This document shows, in pieces, positions 39,526-52,070 of a stretch of DNA of 64,000 nt. The notes under the pieces were generated by a model. That model made no database searches. It was not told the DNA's origin and saw nothing but the letters and a program-made list of their open reading frames with translations. The position numbers and the translations under genes are program-made. Origin of the DNA: Octopus sinensis (taxonomy: Eukaryota); contig NC_043021.1 in the NCBI RefSeq assembly GCF_006345805.1, forward strand, positions 10,664,001 to 10,728,000. Reading direction: 5' to 3'. Position 1 is the first letter of the stretch. Each line of letters begins with the position of its first letter.

Positions 39526-40098
39526 AGCATTACATACGACAGAGCAATCTGAATGCTAATGAATTAATAGGGTTAAGGTAGATTCACACACAGACATATG
39601 CACACACACAGACACACACATACATGTATATGCATGCATACATGTGCATGTCAGCTTAAGAAAAGGAGGCAGCTACAAAGTCAGTGACCAGAGTGACAAG
39701 TTGGGTGGTGTGTAGTGGTGGTGGTAGGGCAGGGAAAGATAATGATGAGTTAAACAGAGACTACCAAACACAGCAGATGAGGAAAAATGGGCGGGGACTG
39801 AAGGTCACAACAGATTTCAGGAATGTTACCACTGTGCATAGATACATGTTACAACATATCAACGTATACAGACGTGATTAAGATAAGAGTGGAAGGGTGG
39901 GAATATAGAAGATGAGGCATAGGAGCAGGGATGGAATGTGTACATCAGTCTTTTATCATGTGTCTTGTGTTAGCCATTGGACTGTGGTCATACTGGAGCA
40001 CTGCCTTGAAGGGTTTTAGCTGGACAAATTGACGCTAGTACTTCTCTTTTAAATTCTAGTAATTATACTGGTTGTCAAGTCGTAAGGACACATACACA

Positions 40099-40155
<57 letters not shown>

Positions 40156-40540
40156 CATCATCATCATCATCATCGTTTAACGTCTGTTTTCCATACTAGC
40201 ATGGGTTGGACGGTTCGACCGGGGTCTGGGAAGCCAGAAGGCTGCACCAGGCTCCAGTCTGATCTGGCAGTGTTTCTACAGCTGGATACCCTTCTTAATG
40301 CCAACCATTCCGTGAGTGTAGTGGGTGCTTTTTACGTGTCACTGGCACAGGGGCCAGAGGAGGCTGGCAATCGGCCACGATCAGGTGGTGCTTTTTATGT
40401 GTCACCAACACAGACGCCAGTCAAGGTGGCGCTGACATCATCCACATTCAGATGGTGCTTTTTACGTGCTACCGGCAAGGGTATCACAACTACAATTTCC
40501 ATTTGATTTTTATTTTGATGTTGATGTCGACATACTTGAC
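40156..40540 (-). mobile_element. SINE family C, long form
   Basis: Three modules plus acaactacaatttccatttgattttt, shared with the 43864 and 55165 copies. Confidence 0.87.
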
Positions 40541-41208
40541 TCAATAGCCATGGTCAGTGTTTCCATGTTGTTGAATCAAGTATAATTACTATAGCTACAC
40601 CTGGTGTGGCATAATAAAGTGCCCTTACTATAGATATGGTCAGTGGGGAAGTGTGACTGAATACAACACAGTTACTATGGCTATGTCAGTAGTAAAGTTG
40701 AATATGATATATTTGTTATGTGTGGTCAGTGGTAAAGTTGAGTATAGTATATTTAAGTATGGTCAGTGATGTAACACGACAATGCAAATTTGTTGCAGTG
40801 TCTATGGTCGATAGTAAGTTTGACTACAGTATTGCTATGGTCAATGGATAAGACTTGAATTAGAAAGTATTAGTTTAATTATTCTTATATATCAGCTGTA
40901 ATATGGTATTCAGTACTAGTTCGATATGTATTCAATACTAGTTTGTGTTACTGAATTTTCTGATTAGAAATAAATGAATCGTATGGACTTGTACCATTTA
41001 AATTTCGGTTAAAGTAACATTCCAGGATCGACTCCAACTGTGGAGATGTGTGTGTGTGTGTGTGTGTAAATGTACATGCATACACATTCAAATATGCATA
41101 CCCACACAACACACACACACACATATATACACACAGAGGCATATTTAGATATATTTTAAATATGTACTTACATACACATATGTAATCGTATATACATATA
41201 TATATACG

Positions 41209-41249
<41 letters not shown>

Positions 41250-41727
41250 CACACACATACATTTGTGTGTGTTTAAAAAAAGCCAGTTAATAGTATGTAT
41301 ATATGCATGCAAATATACACACACACACATGTATCTGCGTGCATGCATACATACAATTATCTTAACAACTCTGATTTTTTTTTTTCATCTACCATTGATT
41401 GTTTTTGATAACTATTGTTTAAAAATAGTGTCACAGTCAACTGCAAAACCCAGGAAGACGTGCTTTATGTGAGAGAGTTAGTATTATCAATTGACTACTT
41501 AGTATTTTAAGTCTGTTTTCTCTTTCATCATCATCATTGTTTACTAACAAATACTGTTGCAGAATATTTCACATGGAAACCAGCTCATTTCTCTCTGGGG
41601 AATTTAAAACTAAAAATGATGGTGATGGAAGAGGAATTTTTTTGTTTTGTTTTTTTTTCGTTTTTTTTTTTTTTAAATCTTTTTCTCACTTTGACTGGTA
41701 TTCTTTTTTGTTCATTTGTCTCCACAG

Positions 41728-41846
41728 AAAAATGAGAACTATGGAACCAGTGGCGGCGGCGGCAATGTTCCTGATAATGTTGGTGGCAACTCTAACTCAA
41801 ACTCTCCCTCGACACAGAACTCGAAACAGCAAAGCAAGTCCCAACT
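41728..41846 (+). CDS. ACAP2: ACAP exon D, G/N/S-rich linker (KNENYGTSGGGGNVPDNVGGNSNSNSPSTQNSKQQSKSQ-L)
   Basis: Long pyrimidine tract then ccacag|A, donor CT|gtaagt; 119 nt, phase 0 to 2, exactly the phase change needed between exons C and E. No family motif to confirm it. Confidence 0.78.
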
Positions 41847-42066
41847 GTAAGTATAGCTGGTGACTCACTCTGCCACAGTCATACTCTGAATAACTAACCC
41901 ATCCATCCATCACCTCCGCGTACTATTCCTGAGAGGGTTTCTTGTGACATTGTCCTCAAGCACCTCTTCTATAGGGCCCTCTCAGAAGCATCATTAGACA
42001 TTCTTGTTGGATTCTCAGGCACAGACGTGACTGTGTGGTTAAAAAAATGCTTTAAAAATATAAAAA

Positions 42067-42680
42067 AAGGTGGTGAGCTGGCAGAAACGTTAGCGCACTG
42101 AGCGAAATTCTTAGTGGTATTTCGTCTGTCGTTATGTTCTGAGTTCAAATTCCGCCGAGGTCAACTTTGCTTTTCATCCTTTCGGGGTCGATTAAATAAG
42201 TACCAGTTACACACTGGGGTCGATATAATCAACTTAATCCGTTTGTCTGTCTTTGTTTCTCCTCTCTGTGTTTAGCCCCTTGTGGGTAGTAAAGAAATAG
42301 AAATAGGTATTTCATCTACCGTTACGTTCTGAGTTCAAATTCCACCAAGGTCGACTTTGCCTTTCATCCTTTTGGGGTCGATTAAATAAGTACCAGTTAC
42401 ACACTGGGGTCGATATAATCAACTTAATCCGTTTGTCTGGCCTTGTTTGTCCTCTCTGTGTTTAGCCCCTTGTGGGTAGTAAAGAAATAGAAATAGGTAT
42501 TTCATCTACCATTACGTTCTGAGTTCAAATTCCACCAAGGTCGACTTTGCCTTTCATCCTTTTGGGGTCGATTAAATAAGTACCAGTTACACACTGGGGT
42601 CGATATAATCGACTTAATCCGTTTGTCTGGCCTTGTTTGTCCCCTCTGTGTGTAGCCCCTTGTGGGCAGTAAAGAAATAA
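42067..42680 (+). mobile_element. Head-to-tail trimer of SINE family A
   Basis: One head, then bodies restarting at ggtatttc at 42306 and 42496 (190-bp period) after taaagaaatagaaata. Confidence 0.92.
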
Positions 42681-43863
42681 GTTTGGAAGCAGGTTAAGGG
42701 TTTGTGACAGGAAATGCATCCAGCTGTAGAAATTATGCCTCAACAGATTCCATCTGACCCATGCAAGCATGGAAAAGTGGACATTAAAATGATGCTGAGA
42801 AAGTAGGTCCTATTTGGCAGAATTATTATAGACAGTTATCAGCCATCATAGGATAGAAATGCCAACAGTGGATCTGTTATGCTTTGTGGCTATGTGTGTG
42901 TGTGTATTTTACGATGACCTTGCCTTGACATTATGTGATAGCTGTAAATGACATGCAAACAAGTTTCCTTTGATTCCAGTCTTCAGTACAAAGATGTCTA
43001 TTCACAGGAGATATATTAACTTGCTTGGAAGTGGGTTAAGGGTTTGCGACAGAGTTTAGTGGCACTCACCCCATCTTCAGTTTAATGGCTGTTGGTGTGG
43101 GAACTGAGCCAAATTCCTCTTCTGTGACTTGCCAAGATTTTACCATTTTTCAGTAATGTTCCCATTACTTGATATTGTAAACATTTCTGTAAGCCGGCCT
43201 GTGCTGCTGTAGCTCTGGATAGACGTATGCCTATTAAATGGCAGACGTTTATCTTCAGCTGATGTTTCTACAGTATTTTATAAGCTGTAGTCTGCCATTT
43301 CATCAGTGCAAGGCTTGTCTCTACAGCTTGTAAATTCTTACTCTATCTTTGCTGTGATGGTTAACACCGATTCCTTTGTCAGAGAGTATGCAGCACGTGG
43401 GTGACATGACAAAGTCAGATCCCCCCCCCTGGTTTTGCTATGACCTGCAGTGAATGAGTAATGCAATGAAAACAAAGGTGGCGGTGGTGGCGGTAGAGCT
43501 TGCTATGAATATTGGAATTAATTTTGGTAAACCAAAGAAGAAAATATTCACTTCGTTTTATTTAGTGTTTTTTGTTTTTTCAAACATGAATTTCAAAGCA
43601 GACAATGTTATAAACAATAGCATGTAAATATTTGGGTTAAAAAAAAAACCCTTTGATTTTTATATTCAAAGATTTTTTTTTTTGACCCAGTATTTAAGAT
43701 TGTATCTGTTTTAAGATTCACCATTCCCCACCACCCCACCCACAAGGAATTATTTGATGTTCTCTCAAAGTTTATAAATTCTTATGATGCCAACAACACA
43801 TTCAGTATTTTGTTTCTATTAAAGCACAAGTGTTTAAATTCATGTTTTGTTTTTGAATTAATT

Positions 43864-44240
43864 CATCATCATCATCTGCTTTCCAAACTGGCATGGGTTA
43901 GATGGTTTGAGTGAAACTGGTGAGCAGGAGAGCTGCACCAGGCTCCAATCATGATCTGGCAGTGTTTCTACAGCTGGATGCCCTTCCTAATGCCAACCAC
44001 TTTACAGAGTGTATTGGGTGCTTTTTACGTGCCACCAGCATAGGTGCCAGGGGAGGCTGGCAGCGGCCACGATTGGTTAATGCTTTTTACATGCCACTGG
44101 CACGGAAGCCAGTCAAGGTGGCACTGGCCTCGGCCACATTCGGATGGTGCATTTTATGTGCCACCGGCACAGGCATCACAACTACAATTTCCATTTGATT
44201 TTTTATTTTGATGTTGATGTACTTGACTCAATAGGTCTCC
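43864..44240 (-). mobile_element. SINE family C, long form
   Basis: Matches the 40156 copy. Confidence 0.85.
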
Positions 44241-44425
44241 TATTGATGAATGTGAATATTAATAAGTATTTCATATAACAGAATAAGCTGAATACTAAAG
44301 GCTGAATATATATTTCTCATTTATCACCTGAAAGATTAATTTATTCTCTCTCTTTCTTTCTCCCTTTTTCACTCTCTGCCTTGCTCACCTGCTTCTATTT
44401 CGGGCATATTTTCAAAACACTCAAG

Positions 44426-44551
44426 ACGTATGAACCAACTTCTATCTATACCTGGTAACGACCGCTGCTGTGACTGTAACTCTCCTGACCCACGATGGGC
44501 CAGTATTAACCTTGGCATAACGCTATGCATAGAATGTTCTGGAATACACAG
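44426..44551 (+). CDS. ACAP2: ACAP exon E, ArfGAP zinc finger ([42 protein letters not shown])
   Basis: C-x2-C-x16-C-x2-C-x4-R motif; donor AG|gtaaga; acceptor is the first AG after the pyrimidine tract (tcaag|A); 126 nt, phase 2 to 2. Confidence 0.93.
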
Positions 44552-44822
44552 GTAAGAAGCAATGTTTTCAATTGTCGTTTTCTTTAGGCAACGATTAAAG
44601 GCATTTTCCCCACCATTTCCAATATCTGTGAAGTACAATCCATTTTGTGTTTTAATTAATTTCGAAAATAATTAACTAATTGAATAATTTTGAAAATAAT
44701 TGAGAAGTGTTTTGCTCCAGTTTCAACACCATTGTGTAGCACTTTAGACAGGTGTTTCTGCTGTGACCTCTGGTTGACTGATTGACCAGTTGAGTGGAAT
44801 ACAGCTGATGGAAACTGGGGAA

Positions 44823-45017
44823 AAAGGCGGCGAGCTGGCAGAAACGTTATTTCATCTGCCGCTATGTTCTGAGTTCAAATTCCGCCGAGGTCGACTTTGC
44901 CTTTCATCCTTTCGGGGTCTATTAAATAAGTACCAGTTATGCACTGGGGTCGATATATTCAACTTAATCTGTTTATCTGTCCTTGTTTGTCCCCTCTGTG
45001 TGAGCAGTAAAGAAATA
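44823..45017 (+). mobile_element. SINE family A with two internal deletions
   Basis: Head jumps from aaacgtta to tttcatc; lacks the ttagcccctt block. Confidence 0.85.
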
Positions 45018-45132
45018 GGAAACTGTGAAAAAGTCTGTTGTGTGTGTGTGTGTTTACCATTTTACCTCTCTTGTATAGTTTTGTCATTTCACTATCTTAT
45101 GTACTTTTTTTCCCCTTTTCACTCTTTTACAG

Positions 45133-45297
45133 GAGTTTTGGAGTCCATATGTCAAAAGTGCGGTCAATAATGCTGGATGCCTGGGAACCAGAACTGTTGA
45201 AGGTCATGGCAGAACTTGGTAATGACGTTGTCAACAGGACCTATGAGAGCACCGTAGATGAATCCATTGCACCACATGCAACTCCTGACTGCACCAG
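45133..45297 (+). CDS. ACAP2: ACAP exon F, ArfGAP domain (SFGVHMSKVRSIMLDAWEPELLKVMAELGNDVVNRTYESTVDESIAPHATPDCT-R)
   Basis: Acceptor ttttacag|G, donor AG|gtaagt; 165 nt, phase 2 to 2; GVH.SKVRS..LD.W motif. Confidence 0.96.
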
Positions 45298-46462
45298 GTA
45301 AGTGCAACATGCACCAAAACATATCCTCTACATTGTGCTATGCTACAATCAAACATGTGCCATATAGTGAGGGACACTACATGCATGCATGGAGGTAGAC
45401 CACACCAATACATGTGTCTTTTTCTGCTACACTGCAGAAAACGTAAGAGGTGATGCTGAAAAAAGTTGCTGGCTTTAAGGGTGTCCTGAAAGGCCTGGTT
45501 GGAGGTCCAACCTTCCGAGTACTTTTACAGAGCTTAGATGCAACTGGATGTGTGAGGAATATGGTAGTTACTCTTATACACATGATAACAGCTGTTGATG
45601 CAACAGTTCTTGTGATGACGGTTGATATGCAAATGCTGACATGAATGTTGGTGTATTTACTGCTAATGAGAGAACTATTTATAGCATTCTTGATATGACT
45701 TTAATCTACATTTGGTGGTGGGATCCTGGTTCAGCAGTTGCAGGATTTTGAGCAATGTAAAATAACCTCTTATCCACTATTGTCCCCAGGTCTTTTCTGA
45801 CTCAGAGTAGTAGCATTTATTAGAATCCCAACTGTGGTCTAATTAACATGTGACCACCCGAGCTAGGGTACCTTGAAATCATGGGATGTGAACTATTTCG
45901 GCAAATGAATCTTCCCAAATGAATGGCGAATGTCACCAGATGCAGAACAGATGAACAGACAACCAACTATCAGTGGTTAGGATCAACCAGTTCAGATAAA
46001 GACCTACTGCTATCATCTGTAGTTGCGGCATGTGCTAATGAGATATTTCAGCCAGGGAAAGACCAATGTGACTAAAAGCCAGGCCAGGTGTTCATGTTGC
46101 ATTACTTGATTGAGACATCTGGTGTGGAAGAGTTACATTGGTCTGGGCATATCACCTGACCAGATGGTGATATGATCTGTTGCGTATTTGTGTATTTCCT
46201 CATGTAGGAGATGCCGCATCAAGTTGTCAGGTCACCAATCAGCTGATGTGCTGATAATCTAATTATTGAACCGACAGTTTGATGTGGCACCTACTACATG
46301 AGGATGTAAAACTTGATGTGGTTTGTACACGGCATCTTAGCTAGTGCAAATGTTGCTGTTAATGTAACAGAGATGAAACAGCAGTTGAGACTGTTACATG
46401 AGAATGTGACAAGATTGTGACAGGCAATGATACAAATTCTTTCACATTTCATTTTCGTACAG

Positions 46463-46677
46463 GGGTATCCGAGAGGCGTGGATAAGATCTAAATATATCC
46501 AGAAAGCCTTTGTTAGCAAATTACCTGGTTTCAAAGACAACAGCAGTGAAAAGATCCAAAGCTGGAGTGTACGGAAGCGGACGAAAAGATCTCCTGGTCG
46601 ATCTCTCATCAAAGATGATAACTTGTCAACTACTCAGCCATCAGAGAAACTGGAAAATTCTAGTGACTTAATGAAAG
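46463..46677 (+). CDS. ACAP2: ACAP exon G, end of ArfGAP domain plus linker (GIREAWIRSKYIQKAFVSKLPG...NSSDLMK)
   Basis: Acceptor ttttcgtacag|G, donor G|gtatgt; 215 nt, phase 2 to 1; RE.WIR.KY..K.F motif. Confidence 0.92.
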
Positions 46678-46759
46678 GTATGTAATTTTAGATGTTTCTG
46701 TATTTTTGTCTGGTGTGTGTGTATGTGGGTCTGATTTTCTTTCTAGACGTGTGTGTATG

Positions 46760-46812
<53 letters not shown>

Positions 46813-47479
46813 ATGTAGTGAGAGAGAGAGAAAAGAAAAGGAATGGAGCTACAATTAACAATTAGAAGTTGATCATTGGTACTAAATGGTCATAGCTTAA
46901 CTGCAGTTAAAATAATATTTACAGCTGTTTCGGTTTGTTATTTTTGAGGTAAATTTTTATTTATCTTGCTCCATGTAACAAACATCGTCATAATGATTTA
47001 GAGTTTGCTGGAGGAATATAGACAGGAGAGAAAGGGAAAAGAAAATGGAAAAAAGTCGAGGTCCCTCAGTCATGCTTGCCAGCTATGCCATTAGCCTCGG
47101 TTTCTGGTTCTCTGGTTCTGGTTAGTTATTGATCTGAAGGCAGTGGCTGGCCAGCAACAGGGGTACTAAACAGAAGCTGCACCTCATAAATTAGGTGTAC
47201 GTTCTACGTCCTTTAAACGTTAATTAATGAATGTCTAAGAGAAGCTGTTGGTAGAAATATTTGGAACTCCATGACATGCTAGTAGTAGTTTCTTTCAATT
47301 GTACATGTATCTGTATGTATGTATGTACGTACGTATGTATGTATGTATGTGTGTGAGAGGGGGAGAGAGAGAGAGAAAAGTTGCACATGGGAAAGTAGCA
47401 CTCAATACAGCTGGAGTTTAACTCCTTGATTATAGAGATCAATAAAATATGTACTGGGGACAAAAACGATCAACTGGTA

Positions 47480-47845
47480 GGCAAGCTATGTGGTAAGTAG
47501 CTTGCTTACCAACCACGTAGTTCCGGGTTCAGTCCCACTGCGTGGCACCTTGGGCAAGTGTCTTCTACTATAGCCTCGGGCCGACCAAAGTCTTGTGAGT
47601 GGATATGGTAGACAGAAACTGAAAGAAACATGTTATGTGTGTGTGTCTGTGTTTGTCCCCTTGTCCCATCATCGCTTGACAACCGATGTTGGTATATTTA
47701 CGTCCCCGTAACATAGCGGTTCAGCAAAAGAGACCGATAGAATAAGTACGAGGCTTACAAAGAATAAGTCCTGGAGTTGATTTGTTCGACTAAAGGCGGT
47801 GCTCCAGCATGGCTGCAGTCAAACAACTCAAACAAAGAAAAGAAT
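47480..47845 (+). mobile_element. SINE family B
   Basis: tgtggtaagtagcttgcttaccaacc..gttcagtcccactgcgtggcaccttgggcaagtgtc. Confidence 0.9.
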
Positions 47846-49159
47846 ACCATTCAGAGATGTCCCTCAGCTTGGATGAAATCTATAAAGGAATGTGTGTGTG
47901 TGTACACGTGTGCGTACATGTATGTATGTGAGAGTGGAAAAAAAATATGGATTCTTGTTCTTTTAACAATTTAACTACCATTAAGTTTGACAGAATGTTT
48001 GTTATTATTATTATTATTGTTACTACCATGCTGGGCAAAATGCTTAGTGGTATTTCTTCTGGTTTTACATTCTGGGTTCAAATCCCATAAAGGTTGACTT
48101 AGCTTTTCGTCCTTTCAGGGTCAATGAAATAAGTACCATTTAAGCAGTGGGCAGAGTCAATGTAATTAACTACCCCCACTCCATCCTCTCCCCTCCCCCC
48201 CCCCAAAAAAAAAATTTCAGGCCTTGCGCCTGTTGTAGAAGGAATTATTACTACAGATTGCAAAAGTAGCAAATTGGCACAGTCGTAAAAGTTCCCTGTG
48301 ATATTTCTTTCCTGTGCCCTTTGAATTTAAATACCCACCCTCTGAGGCCAAATTTGCTCGTCGTATCTTCCAGGATTGAAATGTAATCAACAAGCCCCTT
48401 CTCTCAAATTGCGGCCATGTGCCTATGTTGAAAATGATTTATTAAAGATTGCAATTTGCATGATTTTATTATCACTTTAAAATGCTGCCATTTCCTGCAT
48501 GCCGAAAGAGCAAGGGCAGCAAAAATCCTGCTACATCCACAACAGCAACCATTGCATTGCATGTTCTGCAAAATGAACTCAGTCACCTTTGCTATGGTTC
48601 TAATTTTGAGCATTTGTTTTATAAAATTTTATTAATTAATTTATTTATTTGTTATTGATTTTTTTCTAATTAACTCAGTTTCCACAATAGCTTTTCCTTT
48701 CTACTCTTAATTTGCAGAATTAATTTAGTTAATAATCCAAGTTAAAGGGTTTCTGTTATGTTTGTTATGCGACCTTGTTCTGTTCTAGCATGGGTTCTAT
48801 GAACTGATAAAAGCAGGTGGCAAACCCAGCAGTTGTAACTTTTCTATTGTAAAATAGTGGTTCTACCTTGTTTACAGCTAGAGCTGACTGGGGCATCTTA
48901 CTCAGAGGATGATGTGGATATAGTACCATAATATGGGAGATCTAATCCACTAGCTAGCATAACACCATTGTTACTGCTACTGCCAAAGCCTTGTGTGTAG
49001 ATTTGGTAGATGGAAATTGAAAGATGCCTGTCACATGTTTGTGTGTCTTTGTGTTTGTGTCCGTTTCCCCATCACTTGACAACCAGTGGTGGTTTGTTTA
49101 CACCCCTTTAACCTAGTGGTTTGGCAAAAGATACTGATGAAATGAAGAGAAAAGAGATT

Positions 49160-49460
49160 GCTCCTAGAAAGTTATCCTCCGAGGCACAAGTCCAGGCAAG
49201 GTTATTTATGGAAGCCCAGCCATCACCCATGCATACCAGCCTTCCCTCTCCATGCTATCAATGTTATCCAAGGGAAGGGCAAAGGCTGATACAGCTTGGC
49301 ACCTGTGATGTTGCTGCTTATTTCTGCAGTTGAATGACCTCTTGCAATGTGAAATAGAATTCCTTGCTCAAGAACACAACACACAGCCTGGTCTGGAATC
49401 CAATTCACTACCTCATAATTGTGAGCCCAGTGCTCTAACCATTCAGCCATGCACCTTCAC
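49160..49460 (-). mobile_element. SINE family D
   Basis: Homologous to 11020-11346. Confidence 0.75.
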
Positions 49461-50000
49461 GCATGGCTGAATGGTTAAGTACCTGACTTTGAACAAAGAT
49501 ATGATAAGTCCTGGGGTCAATTTGTTCAGCTAAAGTGATTGGCAAATAAACAAAGACAAGGTTGAGTTGAGAGACCTTTTAGTCTTGTTGAAAATGTGAG
49601 AATCTCTTGGATGCTGACCCCAACACATTCTGTAAAGTGTTTGGTGAGAGGAAGAACACGTAGTAGTTGAAGTCGAGTCAAAATTTAAGTGTCTGAGTGA
49701 GATGTGATCCTTTCACCCGTCTAGGAGGGTAGACTTGACAGCAGCTAAGAGACAACATGTACTTCAAATTAATGATTCAAAGAATTACGGGATAAATTGA
49801 ACAATGTCTGAGATGTCATCAAAGACAAAATTCCAAACTAAACAAGAAAGTTCAGTGAAAAAGAAAGAAACAAACAAAAATAAAAAAACTAAGAAACCCA
49901 CTAATGTACTTATATCTTTTCTGAACACACAGTAAACTAGATTCTATGACTAACATTAAGAAAGCTTATTTGGTCAGCTAATGACTAACTAATATTAGAG

Positions 50001-50191
50001 CAGTGGTTTTCAACCATCTTTTATCCATGGACCTTTAGCCATTCAGTGTTTTTTTTTAAAAAGACCCTATTATGTTTTATATTTAAATATTAGGAATTTT
50101 GTAGAAAATTGTTAAAACATTTTGTGTAGAAGTATATCCAGTTTATCAATGAAAGCAAGATCTTATATGGACCCCCAGTTGAAAACCACTG
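50001..50191. mobile_element. hAT-type MITE, 191 bp
   Basis: Perfect 14-bp TIRs CAGTGGTTTTCAAC / GTTGAAAACCACTG; TSD degenerate (5 of 8). Confidence 0.8.
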
Positions 50192-50629
50192 CATTGGGGG
50201 GGGGGGTCTTGCCTGGTTAGATGGTGGCTAATATTGAAGAAAAGACAGTTCATAGACAGGCCCCACATGTATCACATGATATCAACTGCAAAGGTTTCAG
50301 CATTTCCTCTAAGACAGGTTAAGTGGTTTTATGACTTAAATTAGGCCATACTTAGACCAAATTAAGTTCTTTGATTTTTCAGTTTATTCATAGCAAAACC
50401 CCAGATGGCAGTTACAGTCTGCTACCAGACTTTTCTACTTAAACAGGATGTTAAAAATCTGTTCTGTCTTGTAATTTATTTCTTTGTTTTTTTATTTGAA
50501 TCTTGGGAACCAAGAAATTTGTTAAAATTTTGTAATGTAATACTTCTTTATCTCTACCTGATATCAAAATATCGTATCACCCGTCAAGAACAATCCCACC
50601 CATATCAACCCCTTGGATGTTCTAATCTC

Positions 50630-51243
50630 CTATATCTGGATGTCCAAAACTCTACTCTCCTGTCTGGAAGTCTTAAACTCCCATATTCTCTCCAGATGTC
50701 CTAAAATCCTATATCCCTTCTCATTTTCCTCAACATCTGTACCCTCTCTCCTCTTCAATGTCCCAAACTTCTGTGTCCTCTCTTGGTGTCCTAAATTCCT
50801 GAATCCTCCTTCAGTATCCTAAACTTTTGTATCCTCTTTTCTTGATCTAAACTCATATCCTTCTCGGTGTCCTAAACTCCCATGTCCCTTCTCAGTGTCC
50901 TAAACTTTTGTATCCTTTCTTAATGTCCTAACCTCATAATATCCTCTCTCAGTGTCCTAACCTCATAATATCCTCTCTGTGTCCTAAACTCCCATGTCCC
51001 CTCTAGGTGTCCTAAACTTTTGTATCCTTTCTTAATGTCCTAACCTCATAATATCCTCTCTGTGTCCTAAACTCCCATGTCCCTTCTCAGTGTCCTAAAC
51101 TTTTGTATCCTCTCTCAATGTCCTAACCTCATAATATCCTCTCTCAGTGTCCTAAATTCCCATGTCCCCTCTCAATGTCCTTAACTTTTGTATCCTCTCT
51201 CAATGTCTTAATCTCATAATATCCTCTCTGTGTCCTAAACTCC
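50630..51243. repeat. About 28-bp minisatellite with three-monomer higher-order structure
   Basis: From 50869 the monomers read C A B B C A B C A B C A B c; degenerate monomers lie upstream. Confidence 0.9.
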
Positions 51244-51478
51244 TTTATTATATCTGAAGGCCATACTTTCTTAACCCTCAGTTACTTCCTCTGTACAATG
51301 CAATTCCTGTCATTCTGTCATCCCAACCTCCACCATCCTTTACCATCTCGGTCCATTTGACAACCAGATATGTAATTTCTTATATTCTGACCAATTTAAC
51401 CAGCTAAACCTGCATGCGGACATGCTTACTACCTATAGCCCTGCTTGCTTTCCTGACATGCTATTTCTATGGTTCCAG

Positions 51479-51598
51479 CTGTTCTTTCAGTATCCACGGC
51501 AACCTCGAAGGACAATGGCAATGGGCACCGAAATTCAGAAGTTCTTGTGTTTGGCTCCGATGTGGAATTACCTGAAGTGAACCCAAGTAAATTCCTTG
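51479..51598 (+). CDS. ACAP2: Probable ACAP exon H, linker (AVLSVSTATSKDNGNGHRNSEVLVFGSDVELPEVNPSKFL)
   Basis: Acceptor ttccag|CT (alternative in-frame ttcag|TA at 51491), donor G|gtaagt; 120 nt, phase 1 to 1, open frame, coding-like composition. Not required to keep the frame. Confidence 0.72.
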
Positions 51599-51789
51599 GT
51601 AAGTATTTTCTTTAACTGATATTTTGGTTTAAGGTTCAGCTCCTTCATGCTAGACGTGAATGTGTTGGATGGAGATGCAAATATTGAGATTTACTGAATA
51701 AGTTGCTTCAGTAGCCATAAGTGACTGTTTAAAGAATCATCTGTGCTGTTGTGAAATAGAAGTGCTACTAGTTTACTTAGCTGTGTCTA

Positions 51790-52070
51790 TAGATAGATAG
51801 GTGGATAGATAGATAGGTTGATAGAAAGATAGGTTGATAGGTAGATAAAGAGATAGATAGATAAGATGATAGATAGGTTGATAGATAGATAGGTTGATAG
51901 ATAGATAGGTTGATGGATAGATAGATAGATAGGTTGATAGATAGATAGGAAAATAGATAGATATAGATAGGTTGATAGACAGGTAAGTAGGTAGGTTGAT
52001 AGATAGGTAAGAAGATACACAGATTGATAAATAGATGTTGATAGGTAGGTAGATAAATAGATAGATAGAG
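51790..52070. repeat. (TAGA/TAGG)n tetranucleotide repeat
   Basis: Visible directly. Confidence 0.93.

Noticed and set aside
43236-43300. Hairpin AAATGGCAGAC / GTCTGCCATTT with an inner CTACAG/CTGTAG stem (pre-miRNA or snoRNA?)
   Set aside because: About one such 11-bp inverted repeat is expected by chance in 64 kb; the large asymmetric bulge is unlike a pre-miRNA, and no sno boxes were identified.
44550-44551. R/G-type editing of the catalytic Arg codon split AG|G by an intron
   Set aside because: I found no complementary editing sequence in the adjacent intron; the phase-2 AG|G junction is simply common in this gene.
44369-44638. 89-aa minus-strand ORF
   Set aside because: Shadow frame of ArfGAP exon E with no independent support.
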